Source of the DNA: Paraspadella gotoi
Taxonomy: Eukaryota; Animalia; Chaetognatha
DNA: 64,000 bases
NCBI GenBank assembly: GCA_051294375.1
Contig: JBJCIZ010000744.1
Location: forward strand, 982,262 to 1,046,261
Direction of reading: 5' to 3'
The position numbers were made by a program, and so were the translations under genes. Below are positions 50,786-64,000 of this stretch, in pieces. How positions within the stretch are numbered: position 1 is the first letter of the stretch; the number at the start of each line of letters is the position of its first letter. The notes beneath the pieces were generated by a model. That model was not told the origin of the DNA and did no database searches. It saw only the letters and a program-made list of their open reading frames with translations.

Positions 50786-53700
50786 CCTGATAGATAATAC
50801 GTTAAAATTGACTAATAATAACTTTGTATGCGAAATTCATCGTTGAACGACAAATAATTCATTAATATAGTATACAATATTTAGTCTCCATCGTTTCTTA
50901 ATAATATCTGCCTCAGCGCTTAGATACAAACGAATCAAAACAGTTCGCTGTTGATTAATTCTTCGAGAACGAATTATTAATAAATCTGTTTTTGTCCATT
51001 CGGACTTTAAAAAGAATATGCGTATTACAGCCCGGTCCTCCAGATAATAGATTTGAATTGCTTCATTTAAATTTCATGAAATGCGTGAGAATGGAATGTG
51101 TTTGTTTTTTGAAGGGATTTGCCCAAAAATAGAAGATATTAAGAGAAGGTGAAAAACCTTTTTAGCAAGATTAGTCACACCGTCACGAAAATGCTATTTT
51201 GAAAACTATTGTAATAACGATCAATTAAAACCTTTTCAGTAGTGAATGGTATCCAAATTTTGAACAGATTTCCGTGCCTATTAGACACAATTTTTTTCTA
51301 CTCTCCATTCCGATACTGTCAGAATCATAAATGTAACAATCTTAAATTTCTGTTAGACTTTATACTTTTTCAGACATTGTTAATCACTTGTTGTCTATTT
51401 ATACATAGTCAAATTAAATCATCACGATTGATAACTCCACACTGCATGTGCAATAATCGATCGCGAGGGTTAAGAGTTTTTCTATGAGGCCCATTTTTAC
51501 TGTCTTGTTGTTCTTATTTTTTACTTTATCTGCCAATTTTGTTCACATCTTTTTTTATCCCGTGATTTTTCGATGCGGGAAAAAATGACAGATGTTTTTT
51601 GAGACTCGAAAATATGAACCAAAAGTCGAAAGGTACGATAAGGGAGGGGCGAAGGAATGCTCGAGCGAGCGGATGGAGGAGAATTGTGGGGATGCAAAGA
51701 GAGAAGATCGACTGATGAGATGAGAAGAGCTATGGACCGGAGAGAGAGAGAGACGAGATGAGGATAAGATCGTATGATGATGAATGAGAGAGATAAGAGG
51801 AGAGAGATGAGAGAGAGATATTGCGATCAAGTGAATAAAGAAGCAAAAATGCTATCCTTCTCGCCACGACGAGACGACTTTTATAAAGGCTGGAGAGTGC
51901 TAAAGAAAAAAAGCCAAGACGAGACGGAGTAGAGAGAGGATGGGACAAAAACAGACTCAAGCCCGCTGACAAGGAAGAAAAGGAAAGGCTCAGCGTAGCA
52001 TGAGGATTTAGAAAGGACAAGGATAATTTAGGGCATCTATGCGCGAACATAATCATGAAGACCACAGGGATGCTGAGTGTAGATTTTGAAGATTTATACT
52101 GCCTAGAGGTGTCTACATGTGGTGTATAAGAAAATTGCTGGCATGCATAGACTAAGGGGTCAAGTCCAATTGCCATTCCGGTAGTCAGGGCGTGACAATA
52201 AATGGGGTCAGCGCACTAAGTGCTACTAGAATAATGGCTACAAATAAAAAATATTAATGTTATTAAGCGTATAAAAAAGAGTGCCGAATTACCGCATTTT
52301 AAGGGTCGAACAACCGTCGGAATAATGTTTAGGTTTTGCTAATGAAAACTATGTAGAAAGTAAGAAAAGGGTCTAATAAAATGTGTTTTTAAGAGGCTAA
52401 ACCTGAAAGCTGAAAACTGTATTGGCTGAAATAGAGAAAGAGCTATGGACATATTGTCGAAGCTAGTAAGGCACGATTGATCGAGAAGGTTAGGGTCATC
52501 TAGTGAAGTGTATGTATCAGAAAAGAGAGATCGCTTGTGCTATAGATTACGGATAATGATATACTCTGGCTGACTGGATTAGGACTTGCCATTTATAATT
52601 AATTTAGTATTTGCGGCGTGTCTAGTCAGAAAAAGACTACAAATAGGGGCGAACGGTCGAAAGAAGAGAAGAGAGAGGACGAGCTGACGGGGTAGAGAGG
52701 AGCCGTGAGAGTACGAGAGAGAGAGAGAGGGAGCAGGAGAGAGAGCTGTAAGGCTCCTGGGCTCGATTCCTTGATGAGAGATGAATCTCAAGATTTTCCG
52801 CCAAAAGATTCGCGATCTTACGACTGACGCCCGAACGAAAGCGAGCGAGCGAGGCGAGCTAGGCGAGAGTAGGAGAGAGGCGACGATGAGAGAGACGTGA
52901 GAAGAGGATGAGAGAGAGTGCAGAGAAGAGTCTCCCGCAGTCATTCATTTACAACGAAAAGTTGGAAGAAACGTTCGCGCGATTTTAACGAGGAGAGAGA
53001 GAGAGCGAGAGACGAGAGAAGACGAGAGAGAGATGAGACGAAGAGACCGTAGGAGAGAGAGAGAGAGAGGAGGGGCCGGAGGCCGAGGGCGGGCCTGAGT
53101 TCTCGCTAATAGGGGACTCTCTCACTAAATCGAATTCCGATCTAACTTCTGTATTTTCGAAGAGAAATAAAAATGCAGCACTCAATAACCAAGTTTAGCA
53201 TTGATATTAAATCAGTTACTCAGCAACAGTAATAAAAACAACCGTTCGTACAATTTTTTCATCTCAATTTTATCCAAGATACTAATAAAAACTCCCCTTG
53301 CCTTAAAATGTCTTCTCCCCTCGTTTCTAAAAAATTTGAATATAAATTATTTTAAAGATCTCGATAATCCCATATTTTATTGAATTAAGCTCAACTGATT
53401 TGAAACTTTGAAGAAATTATTTTTTATTTTTGTGGAGGACAGAGAAGAGTAATGCGGCGGCAGCGGCGGCGACAGCGCGCGCTGTGACTCGAGCTAGTAG
53501 ATATAGATATATAGAGTTCTGGCAAATATCTACAAACTCCCGTAGGTCGACGATATTAAAATAATTATTTCAGCGCCTGGAACCAAGTTTTATCAAACAA
53601 TATAGCATATTAAAGATAACGGACCCAATTATGAATTTGGATATTCAACCAAAATGAAGAGATGCAAGACTATTAAGCCATCAGAGATTTCAGATTAAAA

Positions 53701-56397
53701 AATAATAATAAAAAAAATATAAACGAAATACCTGAAAAACATCTTTTGGCTTCCAATTGGATCAAGAAAACAATAAGTAAAACTTATAAAAATCATTTGT
53801 TTGGTGCTACTGCAGGCTAAAAGACAAACCATCTGAAATACTTAGCTCCCAATTATTTATTTTTTAAGATTGAAAGTGAATAAAAAGTTAGAAAACAGTT
53901 ACTGCCAAAAATTTAATCAAGTATAAATATAGATAAAAATTAAACTTATTTTAAAGCTAGATTATGTTTGTTGAATGTATGATATTATGTTTCTATGAAT
54001 TATCTTATGTTTTTTTAGTTTTTTAAACTATGTTAATGTTTATGATTATGATTAATGATTCATTTATTTAGCATATTTGCATTTTTTTATTATCTTTATT
54101 TAATAGATGTCATATATTATGTCACAGAACAGGCCAAGGCAGAGAGAGGAGTTCTTAGATTATGAGTCTCGAATTTTAAACAGCGACGGTGACTACAAAC
54201 ATTTTCATAACACATTCACCAAAAGAAAATAATCCATAGTTTCTTAGGTCGAATCGTTGTGTTTACACTGGACGAGAGACGAGAGAGTAGAGCAGAATGA
54301 GAAGAGAAAGAGAGAGAGAGAGAGAGAATGGTATTCGAGATCTTTTTTCTCTAAATTTCTTTACCGATAGTTCCCCCCTGCCTCATTCTTATTCTCTCTC
54401 TCTCTCTCTCCATCTTCTCCTCTCTCTCTCTCTCTCTCTTCCTCGCCCGGCCCCCCCCTCTTAGCTCGACGTGAAAAAAAGTGAAGGCAGAATGGAAGAA
54501 AATTCTGTGAAGGCAAATTCAGGAGTGACAAGCGATGAACAGTACTGTCACGAACCAGTCAATCCGCACACATCATACCTAATCTCAGCGTAGTACGTGT
54601 ATGATAGCATAAATAAAATATTGTTAAATAAATAGATACTTAAAAAATTTAACCAAATAAAATATCTTAAATTAAATAAATATTTAATATTTAATAGAGC
54701 GAATAAATATTTTGAATATTGGAATATTTTTAATAATTTACTGTAGTTAAAATTTTAAATAAATATTTGTTTATTATAATAATAAATCAACAAATGAATA
54801 TTTAAATCGATAAGATATTTTAATATTTAAATGAGTTATTTATCAGATACTCAGCACGATACATTACTGGGACTCTTTTGTGCAGAGAAATCCTAGAGAA
54901 ATTAAATCGCATTCTTTTCCTGTTGCGAGCAAAATCCTTTCTTCGGATTTCTAAGGAGAGAGAGAGACGAGAGAGAGGAGAGAGGGGAGAGAGGATAAGA
55001 GAGAGATTAGAGATAAAGAGAGAAGGGAGAGAAGAGAGAGAGAAGAATGGCCTACTTTAGACCTTTTCATATTCAGAATTATTTAATCAAACTATTTTTT
55101 TCACTTTCTTTAACGATATTGTGGCGTATATTCACACCGACCTCACGTCCTAGCCATCGTTCGCAAATCCATTGGCTGCAGAGCGGGAACACACCATCCA
55201 GGCGTAGTGTTCCACACTCCACAGTCCGTAATGACTACTCTGGACTTAACAGTTGGCAAAGTGCGCGAGACCGTCCCTAGGGTAACCGCGCCAGTGACTG
55301 CATGTGCTCACTGAGGTGTCGTGAACCCAAGCTCAGCCAACAGTAGGATGCCGCCATCACATGGGCATCACAGTCAACCCGGCTGTTGCCATAAGTGGTG
55401 AGCGCTACTATCGAACACGGGCAACCTTACTGCAGGTACGTACACAAACGCCTATGCGCCTGCCGGACTTTGGGTACGGCTACGACAAACGCCGTATGCC
55501 CTGGGGTAGCTACGACAAACGCCTATGGCCCCCCACAACGTCGCGCGCTCTCTCTCTCTCTCTCCCACTATGGTTGACAGCTCTTGTTCAGACACCTCTC
55601 AGGCTTGAAGGAACCTGAGTGATTGTCTTGTTCCGCGGGGATGCCTGTATGGCGGTATATTCACACCGCCTCACGGCTCCACCATCGTTCAGCCTAACAA
55701 ACTCCATTGGCTCGAGACCGGGGGAACACACCATCCCTAGGCGTAGTGTTCACATTCCACTAGTCCTAATGACTTCCCTCTGCGTTTGGCAAAGGCGAGA
55801 CCGTCCCTAGGGTAAGCCGCGCCAGTGACTGGATCGGGTCACTGAGGGTCGGAAGCCCGCCAAAGCAACAGTTGGAGATCCCCTCCCAAGTGGGCATCAC
55901 GAGGCAACCCTGGCTGTTTGCCATAATATACTGATTTTTGATAATCCTCATATTCACGATTCGTATTTGAAATTTTCTCAACGAGAATTTTCATAATATC
56001 CCTCTAGCTATTTGATTTGATTAAGGTTTAAATTTAGAATCCCAAATTTGTAAACGTTGGAGTGATGGACTCGTTGTACGGTCCAAGTCGCCCATTGCTG
56101 GACAGGTTTAGCACTCATTTTAAACATAAGTCATCAGCCCACGAGCAATGTTGTAACTTGGTTCGCATCCTAACCCTTATTGGGTTTATCACAGAAGTTA
56201 TGGACAATGTCCAATGTGTTCCAACCACCAAATCTGTGGTGTCTGTTATCTCAGGCAAATTAACTCAGTAATTAATTCAACTGATATTCGACAGCATTAC
56301 GTGACTGAAAACCTTTGAAGGTTTGTATCTAGCTATGCGTAAGGCTCTAATGTATTGCCAGTATGGTGGACTAAAATCCACAATACGTTTCATCAGC
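50786..56397 (+). other. Indel-rich duplicate of ~45862-50760 after a 25-N gap (probable raw long-read gap-fill artefact)
   Basis: Colinear with 45.9-50.8 kb throughout, including a second LTR element at ~55120-55925. Differences are dominated by scattered 1-2 nt insertions; exactly 25 N at 50761-50785. Confidence 0.85.
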
Positions 56398-56573
56398 CAC
56401 ACATTGGTGCCGCAGGAGTCAAGTTACTCGCCTCCCAACCTAGGTCCGGGGTTCTCGCCCCGGTATTTCGCGAGCAGTTAAGACAGGGACGGGGCGCTTA
56501 ACCCGCCTGTAACACTGTGTTACAACCTGATCCGAAGCTGCTTATATCACATAACAATAATTACTATCTCTTC
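56362..56573 (+). mobile_element. Family 1 tRNA-twister element, noisy or deleted copy
   Basis: TATGGTGGACTAAAATCCAC...CTCGCCTCCCAACC...GGGACGGGGCGCTTAACCCGCCTGTAACA...TGATCCGAAGCT; part of P4'/P5' is missing. Confidence 0.75.
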
Positions 56574-56713
56574 AGCACAATTTAAACATTTCCCATTCTC
56601 AAAGTTTTTCCCAAACCTGAAACCAATTTTCATTTAATTTCAAATCTGACAAAAATTGATTTTTCGATCTCAAATCAACACAAACTTTTTTCTCTTTTGT
56701 TCTCTCCTACCCT

Positions 56714-56756
<43 letters not shown>

Positions 56757-56904
56757 TTTACCACCCATCCCACCCAGTTCTCACCTTTTAATTTTCTCTT
56801 AATACCACCCCCCGGCTTTTTTTCTATCTTCCTCCAAAAAAAAAGTCTCGAACCATCGTTTGTTTTGATTTCGTCTTCATCGCAACTTTCATCCGAAAAA
56901 AAAA

Positions 56905-56953
<49 letters not shown>

Positions 56954-57825
56954 TCCCTTTTTCGCTTTTTTTTTCCTCTCCTAATTACCAAGACTCCCCA
57001 ATGCCCGAGAAAACGATTTGGTCTAAAGGTAGATTTCATCGACCGTGGAAGGAAACGTCCGGGGTTCGAGACCGGTTGCTGAAAGTCTGAAATATATGAA
57101 AATTATTGTAAACAATTTTTTAATGTTAGTTTAGTTTTACCACTGAATTGGTACGAAAGTAAATTTGACTGTGAAACTGTGAATGTCAGTGTGTGAGTCT
57201 TTATTGAAAGCTCGAAGGGTCTTGCTATCTTCTTATCTTGTGAGTGTGGTGGAGGCCAAAGTAAGGAAGCAAAAATAGCTTATTTATTGAACGAATTTGA
57301 TAATATAATTTATTTCCGGTTTAAATAAACAACGACAACAACTAAAATCCCGTCAGATTTCTCATGAATCGAAAAACCTCTTCAAAAAAAAAAAATCTCA
57401 TTATATCGATTTCAAGTGAAAATGAAAGTCGATTGAAGTGAGAGAGAGAGAGAGAGAGAGAGAGGGAGTGGGAGAGTGAGAGGGGGAGATAGGGAGAGAG
57501 AGAGAGGGACAAATAGATAGAGGAAGCGCGCGGGTCGGAGAGAAAAAGGGAGAGGGAGATTTAAACTGAAGTTTTTTTTTCTTTCTCTCTCTCTCTCTGC
57601 TCTCATCTCGTCTCTCTCATCTCTTTCTGCAATCATCTGCCCTGTGGACGTCAATCATAAACATAAACCTCGAAACTTAAGATGAACGAGATGACACAAC
57701 CTGTCTCTCTCTCTCTCTCTCTCTCTCGCTCTCTCGTCTCACTCTCTCACTCCTCTTAAGTACACGGAGCCGGTGTCTATTCTCTCGCCACTTAACCCCC
57801 GCGTCAAGGAAGCGGGGTTCAGAAT

Positions 57826-57860
<35 letters not shown>

Positions 57861-57958
57861 TCTCCACTTAACCCCCGCGGTCAAGAGGAAGGGTAAGGAG
57901 TCGAGCGCCTCTCGACTCTTGAGCGAAGAACTTACCTTGGAGGGCGAAGGCACTTACT

Positions 57959-57998
<40 letters not shown>

Positions 57999-58169
57999 AG
58001 AGAAGAGTGTTTCTTTGAACACCGACAGAGGAGAGACAAAAATGAGAACAGTTTCCTTTGAACAGATGTGGAGAGAGAGGACGGAGGTAACCTTTTTTAA
58101 AGGGGGAGTGTGACGTCCGCCTGTTTTGATTCTTTTCTCTGGTGACTGGTTCACCTGCTCTCTCTCTCT

Positions 58170-58211
<42 letters not shown>

Positions 58212-59672
58212 ACCAGTGAACCAGCTTTTCTTCACAAATCGTGAACGCAAAGTCGCATTCATTTACAGATTTGTTAACGTCTGTTTTTTTCGAGTCTGAC
58301 CCTTTTTTCTATCATCGAGTTATTTATCACACATTTAATGATATTTAGTGACGATCTGGCCCTTGTCGGACGAACCTAAAAGTCTAGGGTTCGAATCCCA
58401 CCTATGCTACTCTTTATGGATATTGATTCTTTGTACTTCAATATTTATTTAACTGAAAGGCTGAATTTGACTTTTAAACGTCATTTTGAAAGTAGTAAGA
58501 CAACATGTTTTTATTTCAAAGATAACTTAGGCTTTAAATTTTAATGATTTTTATTATTCTTAACTTTAAAAATTAAAGATAAACACTGTACAGTGTACAG
58601 CTGTCCTAAACTTATAGCAAAACTATTTTTTATATTAATAAACAAATTTAAACATTTTTAAAATGATTTGGCTTAAATCAGAAACGGAGTTGTGAAAGGG
58701 TCTTTTGTAATGTCAAAGGTTTAAACTTACGTTCGGCGATTTTAACATTTTTTAAAAAACATTAACAAAACTGTCTGCTTCCTGTTTACATTTCAAATCA
58801 TAAAATTTTATAAAATAAACCTTCGTATAACGAAAACAAGGATATCGTTTAATGATACGACATGAAAAAAAAAATCTTGATAATCCTATATTCCAAAACC
58901 GATCCATTTCAGCTTTTCCTCTATTTCAGAATTAATTTATCGTTTATGTTCGAAGATTAGATAAAAAGTTCAATAAAAAAATTAAGATATCAATTAAGTT
59001 TTAACTTAATTTAAGGTTAATTTAAGGTTAGGTTATTAGGTTATTGATTCAGGCTAAGTATTAAACATTAGCTTATATTTAGGTAATTAATTAAAGCTGA
59101 ATATTGAGCTTAATATTAAAATAAAATATTAAGGTTAAAAGCTTGTAAGTTTTAGGGTTCTTCTATATTGCTATCTTATAAAAGGGATGTGAGCCCTAAC
59201 CCGTTCAAAGTCTGGGGCAAGATAGCTTATTTATTAAAGAATAAATAATTTTTATATTGGTTGTATCCATCTTATAGATTAATTAAGAACAGAAATTGGG
59301 CGCTCTTGGAAAAAAGGTGTCTTTCGTCTCGTAAAAAGGGGCAGAATCCTCAAGAGGCCATAGTGGGAGATGGAAGAGGGAGTTGGTGTTCTCTATCGAG
59401 ACTCCTCCAGACCCCAAACGCGGTAAAATATCAGACCGGAATGAAGTCTTTGGCCCAATCATAAAACGAGAGGCTAAAACAACAAGTGTTGACCAATGAC
59501 CATTTCGGTCGAGTGTGTCCAATTCGGGACAAGTGTGACTCATTTTGAGACGAGTGCGACTCATTTAAAGACGGTGTGACTCATTTTGGGACAAGTGTGA
59601 CTCATTTCGAAACAAGTGTGCCTCATGTCGGTTTCTTCTTGAAAATCCGACTATCGTAAAATGTCGAAGGAG

Positions 59673-59737
<65 letters not shown>

Positions 59738-59873
59738 AAAATGGGAAGAAAAACAAATTGAGAGAAAATAAAGAAAGTAAAGTTTAAGAAAAGAAGAGAT
59801 TTAAATTTTTAGATCGTTCTCTCTCTCTCTTTCTCCCAATCTGGCGAGAGAAAACCCTCTTGTTCTGTCTAAC

Positions 59874-59919
<46 letters not shown>

Positions 59920-60009
59920 CTCTCTCTCCACCTGTTGAATGAAAACCCTATCGTTCTGTCTGCCTTCTCTCTCCCTCTCTTTCCCCAGTCCCCAACCTGT
60001 TGAGAGGAA

Positions 60010-60056
<47 letters not shown>

Positions 60057-60489
60057 TCCTCTCCCTCTCTTTCCCCAGTCACCAACCTGTGAGAGGAACC
60101 TCTCCGTCTCATCTCTCTATATCTCTCTTCTCTCCTCTCTATCTCTTTCCCAAAGTCGTAACCACTGACCCCAGAATCCCGATGTAAAAAAGTCTCTGCT
60201 CTCTCTCTCTTCTCTCTCTCTCTCTCTCTCTGCTCTCTCTCTCTCTTACGACCGCAGAAATGTAAATAAACGGAGGGGACATCGAAGGGGGCGGGGTGTG
60301 AGAGGAAATGGGGTTGAATTCTTATTCGGGGGTCGAGAAGGGAGGTAAGGCTAAGCAGGGATCTGGAAGGATATCGGGGTCGGAGGGCGTGGGAGGGGGT
60401 CTAAAATTGGGGCTCTCTTTTCCCAGCGAGACCCATTTCTGTTGATTTTTCCCGGAATTTAATTTTAGAACCTAATCTCTGACAATAAA

Positions 60490-60730
60490 CTCTAACTTTA
60501 ACCAAATCCTGAACCCTAACCCAAAATCTTTAGCCAAATCCTGAGCCCTAACCCCAAATCTTTAACCCTAATCCTGAACCCTAACCCCAAATCTTTAACT
60601 CTCATCCTGAACCATAACCCCAAATCTTTAACCCTAATCCTAAACCCTAACCCTAAATCTTTAACCATAATCTTGAACCTTAAACCAAAATCTTTAACCC
60701 TAATCTTTAACCTTAACCCCAAATCTTTAT
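60490..60730. repeat. 33-bp tandem repeat built from degenerate CCCTAA-like hexamers
   Basis: About seven units of AAATCTTTAACCCTAATCCTGAACCCTAACCCC. Confidence 0.8.
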
Positions 60731-61750
60731 GCCTAATTTAACACTTAATTTAATTTAATTTAACACTTAATCCTCAACCCTCGTCCCTAACACTTATTCA
60801 CCTTATTCAGTAGCCTAATCACTAACCTAATTCCTAATTTTATCGACGTTATAGAGATGATCTTGAAAAAATGAGATTTGAGTTTGTCAATATGATTCAA
60901 TCTCATTTGCATATAGTTGTATTGACATTGTTTTTACATAAATTGAGTAGCTGTGTTATTTCATGTTCACAAATAGTGAATTCATTCTAGACCTTGGGAT
61001 AGCGATTTATGATGATGATTAATAAAAGAGTTTAGGATATTGAAAAATATCTTTCAAAAGAGTTAAAACTTCAGGAGTGATATTAATATAACTAAGTAGT
61101 AAGTATAGGAACCTCAGAATACCACGCTTGATGAAATAAAATTTAGCTTTCAAAGCAAATTGTAGTCAGAGAAAATTTGATTCTGCATTTCAAAATATTA
61201 AGTATTAACAAACCAATTTTAAATAACGAATGAATTTGAAGTCATCAAAGTTTTTAGGATTTTTTTTTCCAATGAAACTATAAAATATTATGCTTTCTAC
61301 ATCAGAGAAAATGATTAAGTTGGATTTTTATGATTGAAAAGAGAGAAAGAGAGAGAGAGAGAGAGAGGCGTGAAACCGATCGGCGGTTAGAAAAAAAATA
61401 TAAAAAGATAAAGAGAAATCGAATTACCCGCGAAAAAAAGAAAAATCTAAAAAAGAAAAAAAAACTAATAAAATACAATTAAAACATTCTTTGAAATATT
61501 ATTACTCAGAGAGTGAATAAACGAGACTGTGAGAGAGTCTTGATTGAAAGCTTGCTATGTCATTATCTTGTAAGAATGATGGAGGCCTTAAACCTGTCCA
61601 AAGTCAGGGGCGAGATAGCTTATGGATAATTTTTATATTGGTTGTACCAATTTCATATCAAAATCTCTGATATACAGTCCTTTGATCGAATTTGAGTTGT
61701 GGTTTTTGTGGCAAAGTGGGCAAAGCTGAGAAAAAAAGAGGCTTAGTGGT

Positions 61751-61792
<42 letters not shown>

Positions 61793-62894
61793 AAATAACC
61801 TGAGGCGGATTAGAACTCTGAGCGGTAAATGGCTGTCGATATTTAAACAATGACTCCAAAGAAAATAATAGGCATAAATAAACAATAGAAAATCGGAAAA
61901 TATAACAATTAACAAAGGAGGCCGATAGGCAGGGATAAAGAAAAATAGATGGCGGAACGAGAAACAAAATGAATGAATGAATGAATGAATTAATGATGAA
62001 TGAATGAATTTATGAATTTAACAAAAAAAATGACTAAACGAGTTGATGAATAGATTCTTCAATGAATGATTGTTTGAAATAATTATTAAATGAATGAGAG
62101 AAAGAATGAACGAAGAAATGAATGAGAGAAAGAATGAACGAAGAAATGAATGAGAGAAAGAATTAACGAAGAAATGAATGAGAGAAAGAATGAACGAAGA
62201 AATGAAAGAAAGGAAGGAAAGAGAAAGTAAGACTGTTTAAGCGATAAAGCAATTGGATACAAATAAACCAATGCTATCGGATTCTTTTTCTAATATTTTT
62301 TTACCAAGGAATTTTTTGCCCTGCAGGCATTCTTCGTTCGTCCCTTTCATTTTTCGAATTCTCAAGAAATTTTTATTGCAGTAAAATGTTTTATCGATGG
62401 ATTAAAAAAAAGATGCTCTGTTTTGAGTGATAAATATCATGAAGTAAAGTTTATCTTTAGACAAACGATTTTATTCAAAATGATATTTTAATCATTGTTT
62501 CACTCGAAAGATGAATTAGTAACTGACTACGATAAATGATAAGTGATCGTATAAAAACCGATTAAAGTCGCTAGCGAAATGTGTTTAAATTGTTAAAAAT
62601 GTTTAAATTTAAAAATAACTTCCTGGTTTTGGAACCAGGCTTAAGGGTTTTCGGACTGAGGAATAAATGATACAAAAAGTGTCTAGCTATAAAAATGTGC
62701 CGATCAGTTTGTAATATAAAGTAAAATAACTTTTAGACTTTTAAATTCATTAACTAAAATTATAAAAAGGGAAAAAAAGCGGAAAATTCACTGCTCTGTC
62801 TTTGATTTTTTTTGAAAATCAGAAGCCACGAATTTAGAAAAAAAAACATAAGGAGAGAGAAAAAATGGGATCTTGGCTAATGGACTTCCGGAAA

Positions 62895-63016
<122 letters not shown>

Positions 63017-63439
63017 CAAGCATCGTCGGTACAATGAAAAGTGGGGGAGAAAAAAAGTAGGGAAAAGTTAATCAACGCCAATCTACGCCAATCGACGTCG
63101 ATTTTTTTGGGGATAAAAACCTTACATTATTTACAACATAAAATTTAAACGACGCGAGAAAAAAGGATAGTTTTTGTTTTTAATAATTCAAATATAATTC
63201 TGTTGTAATGGATATTAACATTTGAGTCATTTTGCTTCGCCACCACAGATATAATATAACTATTATAAATATAATTATAATTTCTTTAATCTGTGAAAAC
63301 CAAAATTAAAAATTCGCCCAAACTACTTCTCACCTCTCTCTCTCTTTTCTCTCTCTCTCTTTTCTCTCTCTCTCTCTCTTTTCTCTCTCTCTCTCTCTAT
63401 CTTTTCCCTCCACAAATTTTGGTCTGATTCTTGTTTATC

Positions 63440-63600
63440 AACCACATTTTTTTTTCAAAATAAATTTCACACAAGAAGAAATCCTTAACATCTGTATATA
63501 CGTACACCGACTAGAAAAGTCCATGGGAAAAAGTTGAAAAATTCTGTCTGTCTGTCTGTCTGTCGGTCGGTCGGTCGGTCGGTCATGTCGAGGATAGCAA
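63440..63600. mobile_element. DINE-1/HINE-like fragment with a (GTCT)/(GTCG) microsatellite
   Basis: CTGTCTGTCTGTC...GGTCGGTCGGTC tract embedded in non-repetitive flanks; such tracts typify Helentron-associated elements (inference). Confidence 0.35.
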
Positions 63601-64000
63601 AATAGCTTACTACACGAATGGATAATTTTTATATTGGTTGTACCAATTTCATATATCCGATTCATTACAAATATTACACAACTACCAAAAACTAATAGAC
63701 AATTCCGTCAGAGTCAGCCTTAGTAGTTAAATTTCTCTCTTAACTATTCCACATACCCAAAACTAAATAAACTTTTCACCCGAAAGAAAAATTATTTTAA
63801 AAATTCTTAAAATCTGTGAAACCTTTTTAAATATAAATCTATAAATCTTTCCAAATCTCTAAATCTATAAATCTGGCGAATTTCCGACTTGGCGATCGAA
63901 AATGTTTGGATCGTAGACTCGCGTCTCGAAGTTCGCCGTCGACTATGTCAGTCTCATCTGAAGGAGGATTCCGAGGAAGACTCAATGCGTTGACGAGCGA

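Noticed and set aside
57785-57900. Duplicated CACTTAACCCCCGC...GCGGGG motif with a UAA like a twister cleavage site
   Set aside because: No L4 U-NNN-AAGC with a matching GA-NNN partner; simple hairpin in noisy sequence.
58340-58410. B-box GGTTCGAATCCC (similar motifs near 50545 and 57062)
   Set aside because: No complete cloverleaf; at most old SINE remnants.
60490-60730. Telomere or interstitial telomeric array
   Set aside because: Hexamers are degenerate and organised in a 33-bp higher-order unit, not (TTAGGG)n.
63830-64000. Possible minus-strand terminal exon at the right edge
   Set aside because: Short open frame with no recognisable motif and truncated by the window; unsupported.

Overview
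Animal (invertebrate-type) genomic DNA with GC-rich exons in AT-rich, microsatellite-laden introns and intergenic DNA. All ten genes I can support lie on the minus strand: a purple acid phosphatase-like exon, a repeat-rich single-pass membrane protein, a secreted hevein-domain protein, SMN (6 coding exons), three tandem KHDRBS/Sam68-like STAR genes, SF3B6, MPHOSPH6 and a 12-exon dystroglycan. The most striking signal is non-coding: three unrelated dispersed repeat families each carry a type-P5 twister ribozyme fold, with covarying pseudoknots and a palindromic mini-P1. The families are (1) a ~750-bp non-coding LTR element with a twister in each LTR (a twister 'retrozyme'), (2) a tRNA-Gly-derived SINE-like element, and (3) a ~200-bp repeat with about 10 copies or fragments. 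A minimal Penelope-type hammerhead is also present. 50.8-56.4 kb is an indel-rich duplicate of 45.9-50.8 kb and is most likely an assembly artefact. All structures were folded by eye; ribozyme activity and novelty are untested.
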